64,000 nt of DNA from a virus (lineage: Duplodnaviria; Caudoviricetes), in IMG/VR virus record IMGVR_UViG_3300028048_000081, positions 1 through 64,000 of that record; one strand, written 5' to 3'. A program made the position numbers and the translations under genes. The notes beneath the pieces are model-generated. The model was given only the letters and a program-made list of their open reading frames with translations, was not told the origin of the DNA and ran no database searches. Below are positions 27,883 through 37,687 of this stretch, one piece after another; position 1 is the stretch's first letter, and each line of letters starts with the position of its first letter.

Positions 27883-29046
27883 ATGTCTCAAACATATTTA
27901 GAAATATTGAAAAAGAAACAAAAAGAATGGAACTGTTCAGATTTGATGGAAAGTGCAAAAGCGGAAAGAGGATCTAAGATTCCATTTTCTAGTCCACTTT
28001 TGAATTACTGTACATATGGTGGTATTCCTAGAAATCAGATAACAGAATTCTTTGGAGATCCAGGAGGTGGAAAAACATCTACAAGCATAGATATATGTAA
28101 AAACGCATATGAAATTTTTCAAAAAGAGTATGAGGATCGTGTAAATAAACTTCAACAGAAGGCAAATTCTGATAAATCAATAAAGTTAGAATTAGAGGAA
28201 CTTGAAGAACTTGGGCCAAAAAGAGTTTTGTTTATAGATCTTGAGCATTCGTTTGATAGTGCTTGGGCAAAATCTTTAGGAATACAAGATGGGACAATTG
28301 ATATAATGCAACCACCAGATATAGTGGCGGAAGATCTATTGCAGACTGTTCAGTCTTTGATAGAAACAAATCAATTAGGATTAGTAGTATTAGACAGTAT
28401 TCCTTCTTTAACTACTCGTCAGGAACTAGAAAAGAAGTATGGGGAAAGAACTGTAGCGTCTTTAGCAGGACTATTAACAGTTTTCTGTAGAAAAATAATA
28501 CCTCTTCTTACACGTTATAATACTACACTTTTAGTTATAAACCAAGTTAGAGATAATATGGACAATCCATATGTAATAAATACACCTGGAGGCAAAGCAC
28601 TTAAATTTTATGCATCTCTTAGGATCTTATTTAGGATTGGTAACCCGGTAGATATACTTGGTGGAGATCTTCCTCAGAGTGCTGAGAATCCAGCGGGATA
28701 CATAATCAATGCAAAGATTATGAAACAAAAATCAGCCCCATTTGATAGAAAAAATGGTTCATATTATCTTATGGCACAGTCTGGTATTCGTATAGATATG
28801 GACTATGCAAAATTAGCAACAGTTAAATATAACATCATTCAAAGAAAGGGGGCATGGTTCAGTCTTACTGACCCGTATACTGGTGAATTCTTGGAACAAG
28901 ATGGAAGTATCGTTAAACTAAACGGACTTGCAAAAGTATATGATTTTCTTCAGAGTAATCAAGAATATTATTCAAAACTTAAAAAGTATATATCAGATGA
29001 TATTCAAGGAAAATCGCCAGATGAGGTACTAGACGATGTCGACTAA
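27883..29046 (+). CDS. recA: RecA/UvsX recombinase
   Basis: GDPGGGKT, FIDLEH, LDSI, INQVR, TPGGKALKFYAS, GAWF. Confidence 0.93.
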   Translation: MSQTYLEILKKKQKEWNCSDLMESAKAERGSKIPFSSPLLNYCTYGGIPRNQITEFFGDPGGGKTSTSIDICKNAYEIFQKEYEDRVNKLQQKANSDKSIKLELEELEELGPKRVLFIDLEHSFDSAWAKSLGIQDGTIDIMQPPDIVAEDLLQTVQSLIETNQLGLVVLDSIPSLTTRQELEKKYGERTVASLAGLLTVFCRKIIPLLTRYNTTLLVINQVRDNMDNPYVINTPGGKALKFYASLRILFRIGNPVDILGGDLPQSAENPAGYIINAKIMKQKSAPFDRKNGSYYLMAQSGIRIDMDYAKLATVKYNIIQRKGAWFSLTDPYTGEFLEQDGSIVKLNGLAKVYDFLQSNQEYYSKLKKYISDDIQGKSPDEVLDDVD

Positions 29047-29542
29047 GGACTACAGTTCAAAACAAGAAAAGATGATATCAGACTTTTTAGGTTGGAGGAC
29101 TGTATCTGGAAGTGGGGCAAGACCCTTGCATCCTGGTGATGTGATATCTAATGAATTCCTAGGTGAATGTAAAACTCATACAGAGATAAAAGATGATATA
29201 ATCTTTAAATTTAATCATTGGAAAAAGATTCAAGAAGAAGCAGTATCACAATTTAAATCTTCTGTTCTTTTTGTAGATGACGGAAGCCAAACTATATTGA
29301 ATACTTGGTGTTTGTTTAATAGATTGCCATCTAAAGATTTCATATTGAAGGACATACCTGTTAAGCACAATAAATCAATAAGGCTGAATAAGAAATATAT
29401 GAAAGATAAATGTATTGATATATTAGATAACGAAAAAGAAGAAAACTGGTCTTCTCAAATAGTTTTCCGGGTTGAAGATTGGAATTGTTATTTGTGCTCC
29501 CTTTCAGATTTTTCTTATTTCTTTGGTGAAGAAAATGCTTGA
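29036..29542 (+). CDS. Holliday junction resolvase (PD-(D/E)xK, Hjc-like)
   Basis: QE...SGSG...GDV...ECKT. Confidence 0.7.
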   Translation: MSTKDYSSKQEKMISDFLGWRTVSGSGARPLHPGDVISNEFLGECKTHTEIKDDIIFKFNHWKKIQEEAVSQFKSSVLFVDDGSQTILNTWCLFNRLPSKDFILKDIPVKHNKSIRLNKKYMKDKCIDILDNEKEENWSSQIVFRVEDWNCYLCSLSDFSYFFGEENA

Positions 29543-30446
29543 TATTCAAGTTGCAGGTTCAGAAATATTAAATGGATATCCAAGAAAATTTTATATATTT
29601 TCTGGTACGGAATATGGAATAAAAAGTAAATATATTGATATACTTGCAGATCATTTCGGAAAGAAAATTGAATGCTCAAATGTTAAATCGATACTAGATA
29701 TGATGAATACTAAACATATAGTTCCGCTGGATCCTGCTCTGTATGTAGTTAGATATGATGAGGATTTTGTAAGAAATGTAGATAGTAGTACAAGTACTAG
29801 TATTGATAATTGTTCCATAGTAGGAACTATAGTTTGTATATATGAGTCCAAGAAGACAGAAGAAAAATTAGATAAGTACTTACCGGATTTTGTAGTAGAT
29901 ATATCTGGAATAAACAATAAGTTTGCTATAAAATATCTTAGGCAAGAATTTCCTCATATACCGGATGATGTAGTAAAAAGAATATGTAAAATAAGTTCAA
30001 ATTTTGAGCATAGTAGAAATATATGTAGAAGTATATCTAAAGATATTGTAGATTCTATATATCCGCTATCTGAATCAGATATGAAAGATTTATTTGGAGT
30101 ATCCAAAGATAGTAGCGAAAATAGATTTAGAATTGGATTTGTATCCGGTAGTTTTAACATCATGTTAGATTCTCTAAACAGTTTAGAGAACAAAGATAAC
30201 GCATTTTATATTATATTTAATTCTTTGTTAGAATTGGAAAAGTTAAAGTATAATAGTTATATTGAATCGGATATTAGAAAATATTCCTCATATTGGACAG
30301 TTGAAAACATATATAATATGTTTATGCAAACTTATGATCAACTTAAGAAGGTTCGGAAATTTTCTTCAGATTCTGAAACTAGTTTAATATATCTCATATC
30401 TTTAAGCAGATTTAAGAAGATTCCTAATGTTAGGAGTATGGCATGA
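29535..30446 (+). CDS. clamp loader delta-like subunit
   Basis: FYIFSGTEYGIK degenerate P-loop; precedes holB-like gene. Confidence 0.55.
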   Translation: MLDIQVAGSEILNGYPRKFYIFSGTEYGIKSKYIDILADHFGKKIECSNVKSILDMMNTKHIVPLDPALYVVRYDEDFVRNVDSSTSTSIDNCSIVGTIVCIYESKKTEEKLDKYLPDFVVDISGINNKFAIKYLRQEFPHIPDDVVKRICKISSNFEHSRNICRSISKDIVDSIYPLSESDMKDLFGVSKDSSENRFRIGFVSGSFNIMLDSLNSLENKDNAFYIIFNSLLELEKLKYNSYIESDIRKYSSYWTVENIYNMFMQTYDQLKKVRKFSSDSETSLIYLISLSRFKKIPNVRSMA

Positions 30447-31228
30447 ATTTTGAATTTCAGAGCAATATACTTTCAGAATTGAATAAGTGTGCAAAGTCAG
30501 ATATTCATTCTATTCTCCTTTCTGGATTATCCGGATGTGGTAAAACTTATTTGTCGCATCAGTATGGAAGAATACTTAAAGTAGATGATATAATTTCAGT
30601 AGAACCTACTGTAGAGGAACTTCAAAAAGCAATACAGGCAGGTTATGAAACTTCTAATAGAATGCTATTTGTAATAGAAAATCTAGATGCAGGTGTATTG
30701 AAAGCATCTTACACCATATTAAAGTTTTTAGAAGAACCTGTAAGTAATGTTTATGTAGTTGTTACTTGTAGGAATACTTATAAGATACCTAACACGATAT
30801 TAAGCAGATGTTCTGTTTTTAATATAGGTCATCCTACAGAAGAAGATATTGAAGAATATGGAAAAAGTAAGGATATAAATAAGTATCAGAAATATAAGAA
30901 ATATTCTATTTGGAATACAGTAAAAACTTTTTCTAATGTTGAATCAATATTTAACCTTTCATTATCTCAGATAGAGTATTTTGAATCGTTCAAAAATTTG
31001 TTAAGATGTAAAGATTCTGTTTCAAATTTAATTTGGAATATTTCGCATTTTCCAGATAAATCTGAAATTGATTATGAATTAGTATTTCGTTATATATTAT
31101 GTACTACGGACAATAAACACATTTCTGATTTGTGTTTGAAGTGCATGGAGGACATAGATTCTGCAAATATATCCCCTTATACAGTTTTGCAGAAGTTTGT
31201 ATTAGATTGTAAGTATGGAGGGTACTGA
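30443..31228 (+). CDS. holB: clamp loader delta-prime-like subunit
   Basis: HSILLSGLSGCGKT, ILKFLEEP, TILSRC. Confidence 0.8.
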   Translation: MNFEFQSNILSELNKCAKSDIHSILLSGLSGCGKTYLSHQYGRILKVDDIISVEPTVEELQKAIQAGYETSNRMLFVIENLDAGVLKASYTILKFLEEPVSNVYVVVTCRNTYKIPNTILSRCSVFNIGHPTEEDIEEYGKSKDINKYQKYKKYSIWNTVKTFSNVESIFNLSLSQIEYFESFKNLLRCKDSVSNLIWNISHFPDKSEIDYELVFRYILCTTDNKHISDLCLKCMEDIDSANISPYTVLQKFVLDCKYGGY

Positions 31229-32187
31229 TGTCATTAACTTATTATTTTAGCGGGTCTTTGACACAAAGTATGATGGATTATCTTTCGTCTATGCCTGGTT
31301 ATGAACCTATAGATGTTTTAGTTACACAGTTAGATAGAAGTTCTATTCGAAAGATGATTGAGTTTCAAGAAAAGGGACTTGTAAACAAACTTTTCATAGA
31401 TTCCGGTGCTTTCAGTTTTCATACAGGAAAAGCAAAATTGGATTTAGATGAATACATATCGTTTTTGAATTCAATCGATGATAAGATAACCATATGCGCA
31501 CAAGTAGATACTATTCCAGGAAAGTTTGGACAACCTAAATCTAAAAAGGATTATGAAGAATCTGCAAAGAAATCCTGGGAGAATTATCTATATATGAGAG
31601 ATAAATTGAAATCTCCGGAAAAGTTGACCCCGGTATTTCATTTTGGAGAGGATTTTGATGCTCTTCGTAACATATTAGAATGGAGAGGTCCAAATGGAGA
31701 GAAGGTTGAATATATGGGACTTAGTCCTGCAAATGATACAGATACAAGGATAAAGAACAGATATTTGAATGAATGTTATGATGTCATAAGAGAGTCTAGC
31801 AATCCAGATATAGGGACACATCTGTATGGATATACATCTCTTCCGGGAATACCAAAACTTCCTTGTACATCGGTTGACAGTATATCACATAGACATATAG
31901 CGGCATATAACAAACTGTATCTTCCTAAGTACGGAGTAGTTTCTATAACAGATCGTGCAAGGACAGTAGGAAATAAGTCTAGTATGAGTTTTATACAAAC
32001 TGCAGATGATGCCGCTAAAACAGAAGTTCAGGAATACTTGAAAAAATTGGGAACAACATTAGAAGAATGTAGAGAATCTTCCAGTATGCGTTGTGCTGTA
32101 ACAATGTATGGGATAATGAATTATGTTAAAGAAAATCCCTATAAACCAGAAAATGTAAAGAAAGCAAAGAAACTGTTTAATATATGA
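31228..32187 (+). CDS. dpdA: DpdA-like 7-deazaguanine DNA transglycosylase (TGT fold)
   Basis: LFIDSGAFS, QVDTIP, PVFH, HLYG, SVDS motifs. Confidence 0.8.
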   Translation: MSLTYYFSGSLTQSMMDYLSSMPGYEPIDVLVTQLDRSSIRKMIEFQEKGLVNKLFIDSGAFSFHTGKAKLDLDEYISFLNSIDDKITICAQVDTIPGKFGQPKSKKDYEESAKKSWENYLYMRDKLKSPEKLTPVFHFGEDFDALRNILEWRGPNGEKVEYMGLSPANDTDTRIKNRYLNECYDVIRESSNPDIGTHLYGYTSLPGIPKLPCTSVDSISHRHIAAYNKLYLPKYGVVSITDRARTVGNKSSMSFIQTADDAAKTEVQEYLKKLGTTLEECRESSSMRCAVTMYGIMNYVKENPYKPENVKKAKKLFNI

Positions 32188-32342
32188 TAAAGTATATAAG
32201 AATATCAGATGGAAAGACAGTACATTCTTGGGAAGAGCTTCAAGAATGCATACATGATAATGAATCTGATTGTGATAATTCAGTAAAAGATACTGAAAAA
32301 GATAAACAGAAACATATCAAGAAGTTATTTGAAATTGATTAG
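32184..32342 (+). CDS. 52-aa hypothetical protein (not in ORF track)
   Basis: ATGA overlap with dpdA stop; MIKYIRISDG...IKKLFEID. Confidence 0.55.
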   Translation: MIKYIRISDGKTVHSWEELQECIHDNESDCDNSVKDTEKDKQKHIKKLFEID

Positions 32343-32350
32343 GAGGTAGT

Positions 32351-32677
32351 ATGGATAAATTGATATCAAGAGCAGTTGAGCTTGTTGAGGAAGAATTGGA
32401 TAGGGCAAATGAGCAGTATCCTTTATTTGCTTCTCCTCATGAAGGGTATGGTGTAATATTAGAAGAAGTGGAAGAAACAGAAAATGAGTCACTATCTGTT
32501 ACAAAGTGTTTGAATGATCTTTGGAAAAATATTAAATCAGATAATAAAGTTAGTGAATACGAATCTGTTTTAGGGAGGATGGCACAATCTGCTATTCTTG
32601 CAGCATGTGAGAATATTCAAGTTGCGGCCATGTGTCGTAAGTATATACAGAGTTTAGAAGATAAGGAGGAAAAATAA
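32351..32677 (+). CDS. MazG-like all-alpha NTP pyrophosphohydrolase-fold protein
   Basis: EGYGVILEEVEE...ENIQVAAM. Confidence 0.55.
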   Translation: MDKLISRAVELVEEELDRANEQYPLFASPHEGYGVILEEVEETENESLSVTKCLNDLWKNIKSDNKVSEYESVLGRMAQSAILAACENIQVAAMCRKYIQSLEDKEEK

Positions 32678-33237
32678 TGCCAGGAAGATCTGTTACTTGT
32701 ATAACTACAGGAGAAGTTTATTCATCAATATCTTCTGCGGAAAGAGAGAATGGTATCAAATCAGGAACTTTATCGTCTTGTATTAAATCTGGAGATCCTA
32801 TCGACGGAAAAATTTATAAATTTACAGATGAATTAGATGTTCCTGATAGTTTTGAAGAAGAGGTAGTAGAAGATACCGAAAAAGAAACAGAAGAAGATCC
32901 AGATACAATATATATTTCTGATGTAGAAGTTGATAGTGTAGATGTAGAAGAGAAGGAGGATGAAGAGCAAGCAGAAAATGATTTGAATAAGAAAGATAAT
33001 CTTAATTACAATGTTGTAGGATCTCTTTCTAAAATGTATGAATTAGCACAAAAGTATCGTCTGAAAGGATATGATTGTGAGGTAGTTGAAGAAACAATTG
33101 TATTTTTCCAGATACAAGACGAGGATGAAATTAGAAAGATAGCAACAATAGCAAATCAGAATCCAGAATTTTCTGGTAGATTCAAAGTAACCCCTTATGA
33201 TTCGGCAAGATACCTGGATATGATAAGCACAAAATAG
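32677..33237 (+). CDS. acidic protein with N-terminal NUMOD1-like HTH
   Basis: VTCITTGEVYSSISSAERENGI. Confidence 0.6.
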   Translation: MPGRSVTCITTGEVYSSISSAERENGIKSGTLSSCIKSGDPIDGKIYKFTDELDVPDSFEEEVVEDTEKETEEDPDTIYISDVEVDSVDVEEKEDEEQAENDLNKKDNLNYNVVGSLSKMYELAQKYRLKGYDCEVVEETIVFFQIQDEDEIRKIATIANQNPEFSGRFKVTPYDSARYLDMISTK

Positions 33238-33262
33238 ATAACACTCAAACAAATAAAAATAT

Positions 33263-33288
33263 AAGGTTGGTCATATTGACCAACCTTT
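33263..33288. terminator. hairpin at the replication/morphogenesis boundary, overlapping an AACCTT motif
   Basis: AAGGTTGGTCA-tat-TGACCAACCTT. Confidence 0.65.
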
Positions 33289-33336
33289 AATATTATATGT
33301 AATAATATTAATGATATCAATGTTTGGAGGTATTGA

Positions 33337-33600
33337 ATGAGTGTTGAATTGATTCCCAGCGATGAGATGACAACTTTAAAACCTGCATCAGAAGTTAAGA
33401 CAATCGCAGATGAAGCTGAGGAAATATTAGAACAACAATCTGTTGCCTACCTTATAAACGAAGCAGCAAATACTGGAAGTCATATGGTTGTATGGTCTAA
33501 AAGTATAAGCGATGAGTTGAAACAGGTACTTGAAGGCCAAGGATATAAAGTAATAAAATCAAATACTTATCCTAATAGATATACGATAAAGGGATTCTAA
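33337..33600 (+). CDS. hypothetical protein
   Basis: GGAGG RBS, 87 aa. Confidence 0.7.
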   Translation: MSVELIPSDEMTTLKPASEVKTIADEAEEILEQQSVAYLINEAANTGSHMVVWSKSISDELKQVLEGQGYKVIKSNTYPNRYTIKGF

Positions 33601-33603
33601 TAA

Positions 33604-34008
33604 ATGCTCAAGGATATCAGAATATTTTCAATTGTATTTGAGGCGGTAAGAAGGGATCAAGTATCCGCTTTTGATCAGGTTTTTCATAAGGATGAATTAC
33701 CATACTATGGTTGGATACATTTACCTACAGATATTGCAAAATATTTAGATCTTGTAGAAGTTAAAAATGTAGATACAGATAAAGATGTAGATTTTCATTT
33801 AGATTGGGAAAGAGAAGATATACATCCTTGGTATAAATTACGTCTAGAGTCGTTAGATCTTACTCTAGGAACTCATATGTATAAGTTAAAATTTGATAAT
33901 ACATTCTTACATGATGAGTTAGATTTATATTTTAGATATACTATACAAGATGATAATCCAGATAAGCCATATGTATATATGAATAGATCTGAAGGTGAGG
34001 ATAAATGA
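33604..34008 (+). CDS. hypothetical protein
   Basis: tightly packed 134 aa ORF. Confidence 0.7.
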   Translation: MLKDIRIFSIVFEAVRRDQVSAFDQVFHKDELPYYGWIHLPTDIAKYLDLVEVKNVDTDKDVDFHLDWEREDIHPWYKLRLESLDLTLGTHMYKLKFDNTFLHDELDLYFRYTIQDDNPDKPYVYMNRSEGEDK

Positions 34009-34697
34009 ATATATTTTCTTGTAAATTATATAAGTCCAACAAACATAAAGATAAAATACGTGCTGCTATAGAAGATCCTATAAATAAAGAATTGTTAGAG
34101 CAGGCGATAGAATACTTAGATGAAGAGTATGTTGACGAGAAATACTTAGGAGAATCTAATAAGTCAAAAGATGATAATATTGATAAAGACAACAGTTCAG
34201 AAGATATAGATAGTAATGAACCGGAGTTCAAACCTTCCGGAGGTGGCTCTGCATCATCATTTAGCGAGGGGTTTGAGCCAGTAGAAGATGAAGATGATGA
34301 AAAATTAAGCGATAAATTAGCTGAGGAAGAAAATACTGAAGAAGAAGTTTCAGAGAGTACTTCTATTACTTCAGCTGCATCTCCGATTACTATAACATCT
34401 GGTTCTGAATGTGCTTTGGGACATTCAATAGATTTAGATACATTACTAGGAACTATAAATTCAGAAGAAGAAACTTCTGGTGCTGTAAGGATACTGATTA
34501 AAAACAATTCCGAACTTTGGATATATTATAATGATAGTATAAATTTAAATAACATAATGGAAGCGGTTATATCTAAGATAGATAAACTTGGATACACTAC
34601 ATTAGAATTTAATAGGTTGGCAAGGACAGATAATGCAATAGTATTTTTTATAAATAATGAATCGTCTCAAAGCATTATGGATTCTAAAGAAGAATGA
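34005..34697 (+). CDS. acidic hypothetical protein (possible head/scaffold associated)
   Basis: acidic linker with ITSA/ITSG motifs. Confidence 0.7.
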   Translation: MNIFSCKLYKSNKHKDKIRAAIEDPINKELLEQAIEYLDEEYVDEKYLGESNKSKDDNIDKDNSSEDIDSNEPEFKPSGGGSASSFSEGFEPVEDEDDEKLSDKLAEEENTEEEVSESTSITSAASPITITSGSECALGHSIDLDTLLGTINSEEETSGAVRILIKNNSELWIYYNDSINLNNIMEAVISKIDKLGYTTLEFNRLARTDNAIVFFINNESSQSIMDSKEE

Positions 34698-34724
34698 TAC
34701 CTTTTATATATACAGAGGAAGAAT

Positions 34725-35018
34725 ATGATAGGCATATTTGATTTACAACAGAAATATATGAATTTCTACAAGTATTTTAGAAATTATATTTGGAATTTTC
34801 CTACTATAGAGCATTTAGCAGATTTAGAAATGTGTATATTTTCTGCGTTTCCAGATATTGTTCAAGCAAGGAATCTTTTAAAGCTGTTAAATTATGATAT
34901 GAAAGATGGAATGAAGGATTCTGATCCAGATTTAGATGAAGCATATCAAGAACTTTCAGATGCTGTAAATGAATCTGATGAAACCTACTACAAGTTGACA
35001 CAAGTAAATGAGGTGTAA
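34725..35018 (+). CDS. hypothetical protein
   Basis: GAGG RBS, 97 aa. Confidence 0.7.
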   Translation: MIGIFDLQQKYMNFYKYFRNYIWNFPTIEHLADLEMCIFSAFPDIVQARNLLKLLNYDMKDGMKDSDPDLDEAYQELSDAVNESDETYYKLTQVNEV

Positions 35019-35020
35019 AT

Positions 35021-35215
35021 ATGAAAGTTTCTAAAAAGAGCATAAAATCTTCAAATATTGTTCCTACAGTTGAATCTTTAGGAAAGTATAGTTGTTGTAT
35101 AGAGAATATACAGTCCGCCATTGATTGTTTGTGCCAGTTTGGCCCAGAGGATGAAAAAGCAAAAGAAGCAGTTGCAAATCTAAGCGTAGTATTATTAGAT
35201 CTTAAATCAGAATAA
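35021..35215 (+). CDS. small protein with IKSS-type N-terminal tag
   Basis: MKVSKKSIKSS; GAGGTG RBS. Confidence 0.65.
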   Translation: MKVSKKSIKSSNIVPTVESLGKYSCCIENIQSAIDCLCQFGPEDEKAKEAVANLSVVLLDLKSE

Positions 35216-35240
35216 TATCAATCTTAATTGAGGGATATGT

Positions 35241-35762
35241 ATGGCAAACTTCAAAACTGTTGATGTTCCAGCTACATCTCCGGATGCATTACGAGATAAG
35301 AAGCAAGAGGACGTCGCTAAAATGCGGACGTCCTTATTAGCATGTGGAGATGATCCAAGAGAAATAGTCCATTCTATAAAAACAGTAACTGTATTACGTG
35401 TTATACATCAAGTTTCTAGAATAGTATCTTATCTAGATATGATGGATAGAATTGAAGATAAACTCTATCAATCTATAGATGAAGTTATAGATACTTTAGA
35501 TACGCAAGACCTAACTACATGGAGTATACTTTTAAATTTACAATCTAGGTTGCAACAAAATATGATTGAGAGTCATAAGTTGTTAGAGCCATATCTTAAT
35601 ATAGAAGATTTAGGAATGATAGAATTATCTGAATCGGTATCTCCTGATGTTGTACCTGAATCAGAAATATTATCTAGAGAGTCTAGAGATGAATTGCGCG
35701 AAAACGCTAGGAAAGTCCTTGCACTTTTAGAACCCGTAGCTGAGGAATCAAAAGATGAATGA
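35241..35762 (+). CDS. possible terminase small subunit
   Basis: helical 173 aa ORF overlapping terL start; positional call only. Confidence 0.45.
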   Translation: MANFKTVDVPATSPDALRDKKQEDVAKMRTSLLACGDDPREIVHSIKTVTVLRVIHQVSRIVSYLDMMDRIEDKLYQSIDEVIDTLDTQDLTTWSILLNLQSRLQQNMIESHKLLEPYLNIEDLGMIELSESVSPDVVPESEILSRESRDELRENARKVLALLEPVAEESKDE

Positions 35763-37671
35763 TCCTGTAGATATATTGAACAGAATAAAAAGGATATATT
35801 CTAGCTGTACTGTAGAACAGAAAGAGTACCTCAGGAGAATACTTGAAGAAATTCGGGATACGGGGTATTCTACTACTTATGAAGATATCTGGCTTGCGGA
35901 TTATAAAGAGATACCTGTAGATATAGATACTTTTTTAGATGATGATTATTATTTAGGGAAAGTAACTCGGGAAGGAGAAGCAATATATCCTTATTGGAGA
36001 GATACCTTACACACAATATTTAATTCTGGTAACAAATATCAAGAACTTATGTTTACTGGTGCAACAAGAATCGGAAAAACATCAACAGCAATAACAGGAT
36101 TAGCATATATGCTATATAGATTGATGTGTTTAAAGGATCCCCAACTATTCTTTAAGAAAAAGGATGTATCCAAATTTTCAATATTATTTTTCAATGTGAC
36201 AAAAGATCTTGCGAAAGGAGTAGCTTTCAGAGAATTCAATGATACATTAAAAGCAAGTCCTTGGTTCAAGAATCATGGAACATATTCAAGAAGTGAAAAA
36301 GATTTCTATTACATACCAGAAGGCGGAAAGATTGATGTAGATTATGGTAGTTCTGGAGAGCATGGACTTGGGAAACAGATTTTTGCAGCAATATTGGATG
36401 AAGTTAACTTTCAACGTACTGGGATAAAAGATGTAACTAAAGCAAAAGAAAATATGAAATCTACATATAATACTGTAGTAACTCGTGTAAAGGGTACATT
36501 CCGTCAAGAGGGAGAAGTATATGGAAAAGTATTTGCAGTAAGTTCTAAGAAAAGCGATTCAGATTTCATGGAAGCATATATAGAAGAGCAGATGGCAGCG
36601 GGTGCTGAAGATCATATGTATGTTGCAGATGCTCCTCAGTGGGAAGTTCTTCCTCCTTCAATGTTTCATGATGAAACATTCTGTATAGCTGTAGGAGACA
36701 GATATAAACGAGGATTTGTGGTACCGGATAATGAATGTTTTCCTGAAGCATTAGAAGAGTTAAGGGGTCAGGGCTATAAGATACTTACCCCACCTATAGA
36801 TATGAGACCAGAGTTCCAAGCAGATTTTGATATTGCTTTACGAGATATAGCAGGAATATCTGTTCCAGGAGCGTTATCGTTCATAACGCAAGAAAGTTTG
36901 ACATCATGTATAGATGAAACAAGAAAGAATCCATTTTTCAACGATATATTGAGTATAGGTACTCAAGATACTTTATCCATAGATGAATTTTATCATGATG
37001 ATGTTGTTCCTGCCATATGTAAAAGGACTCCTATGTTTATACATTTAGACCTTTCATTGACTACTGATAGAACAGGAATTTCAGGGTCCTGCATTACCGG
37101 AAGGCAGGATATAACCGGGTCAGACGGAAAAATAACGTCTCAGTTGAAATTCACTCACGTGTTTTCCATAGCTTTAGAGGCACCTAAGGGGGATAAAATA
37201 CCTTATAGTAAGATCACAGCGTTTATATGCTGGTTAAGAAGACAAGGATATAATATACAGAGGATCAGTCGAGACCAATTCCAAAGTGAATATATGGCAC
37301 AGCTTTTAACTGAACAAGGATTTACAGTGGATAAGATTTCTTTAGATAGAACTCCAGATGGGTATATGGCTGGTAGATCTATAATAATGGAAAAGCGTGT
37401 CGATATGCTCGATTGTAAGCTGCTCCAGGATGAACTTATTCATTTACAGCGAGATAGTGTTACAGGTCGCGTCGATCACGTGGTCGGCAGGTCGAAGGAC
37501 GTGAGCGATTCTTTCATCGGCAGTATGTGGAATGCTATGTTAAACAATCCTGGTATTCCAGTTCAAGCGCATACTGCAGCATCTGCAATCGCAGCAATAA
37601 ACGGACCTAAGCAATCAAATTTAGGTGCTACTGTTCCTGGACTATTTCCAGGTCTAAATAAAATCAGATAG
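35755..37671 (+). CDS. terL: terminase large subunit
   Basis: TGATRIGKT, AILDE, HLDLS...D, DH...SKDVSD. Confidence 0.88.
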   Translation: MNDPVDILNRIKRIYSSCTVEQKEYLRRILEEIRDTGYSTTYEDIWLADYKEIPVDIDTFLDDDYYLGKVTREGEAIYPYWRDTLHTIFNSGNKYQELMFTGATRIGKTSTAITGLAYMLYRLMCLKDPQLFFKKKDVSKFSILFFNVTKDLAKGVAFREFNDTLKASPWFKNHGTYSRSEKDFYYIPEGGKIDVDYGSSGEHGLGKQIFAAILDEVNFQRTGIKDVTKAKENMKSTYNTVVTRVKGTFRQEGEVYGKVFAVSSKKSDSDFMEAYIEEQMAAGAEDHMYVADAPQWEVLPPSMFHDETFCIAVGDRYKRGFVVPDNECFPEALEELRGQGYKILTPPIDMRPEFQADFDIALRDIAGISVPGALSFITQESLTSCIDETRKNPFFNDILSIGTQDTLSIDEFYHDDVVPAICKRTPMFIHLDLSLTTDRTGISGSCITGRQDITGSDGKITSQLKFTHVFSIALEAPKGDKIPYSKITAFICWLRRQGYNIQRISRDQFQSEYMAQLLTEQGFTVDKISLDRTPDGYMAGRSIIMEKRVDMLDCKLLQDELIHLQRDSVTGRVDHVVGRSKDVSDSFIGSMWNAMLNNPGIPVQAHTAASAIAAINGPKQSNLGATVPGLFPGLNKIR

Positions 37672-37687
37672 GATAGGAGGTATTATT

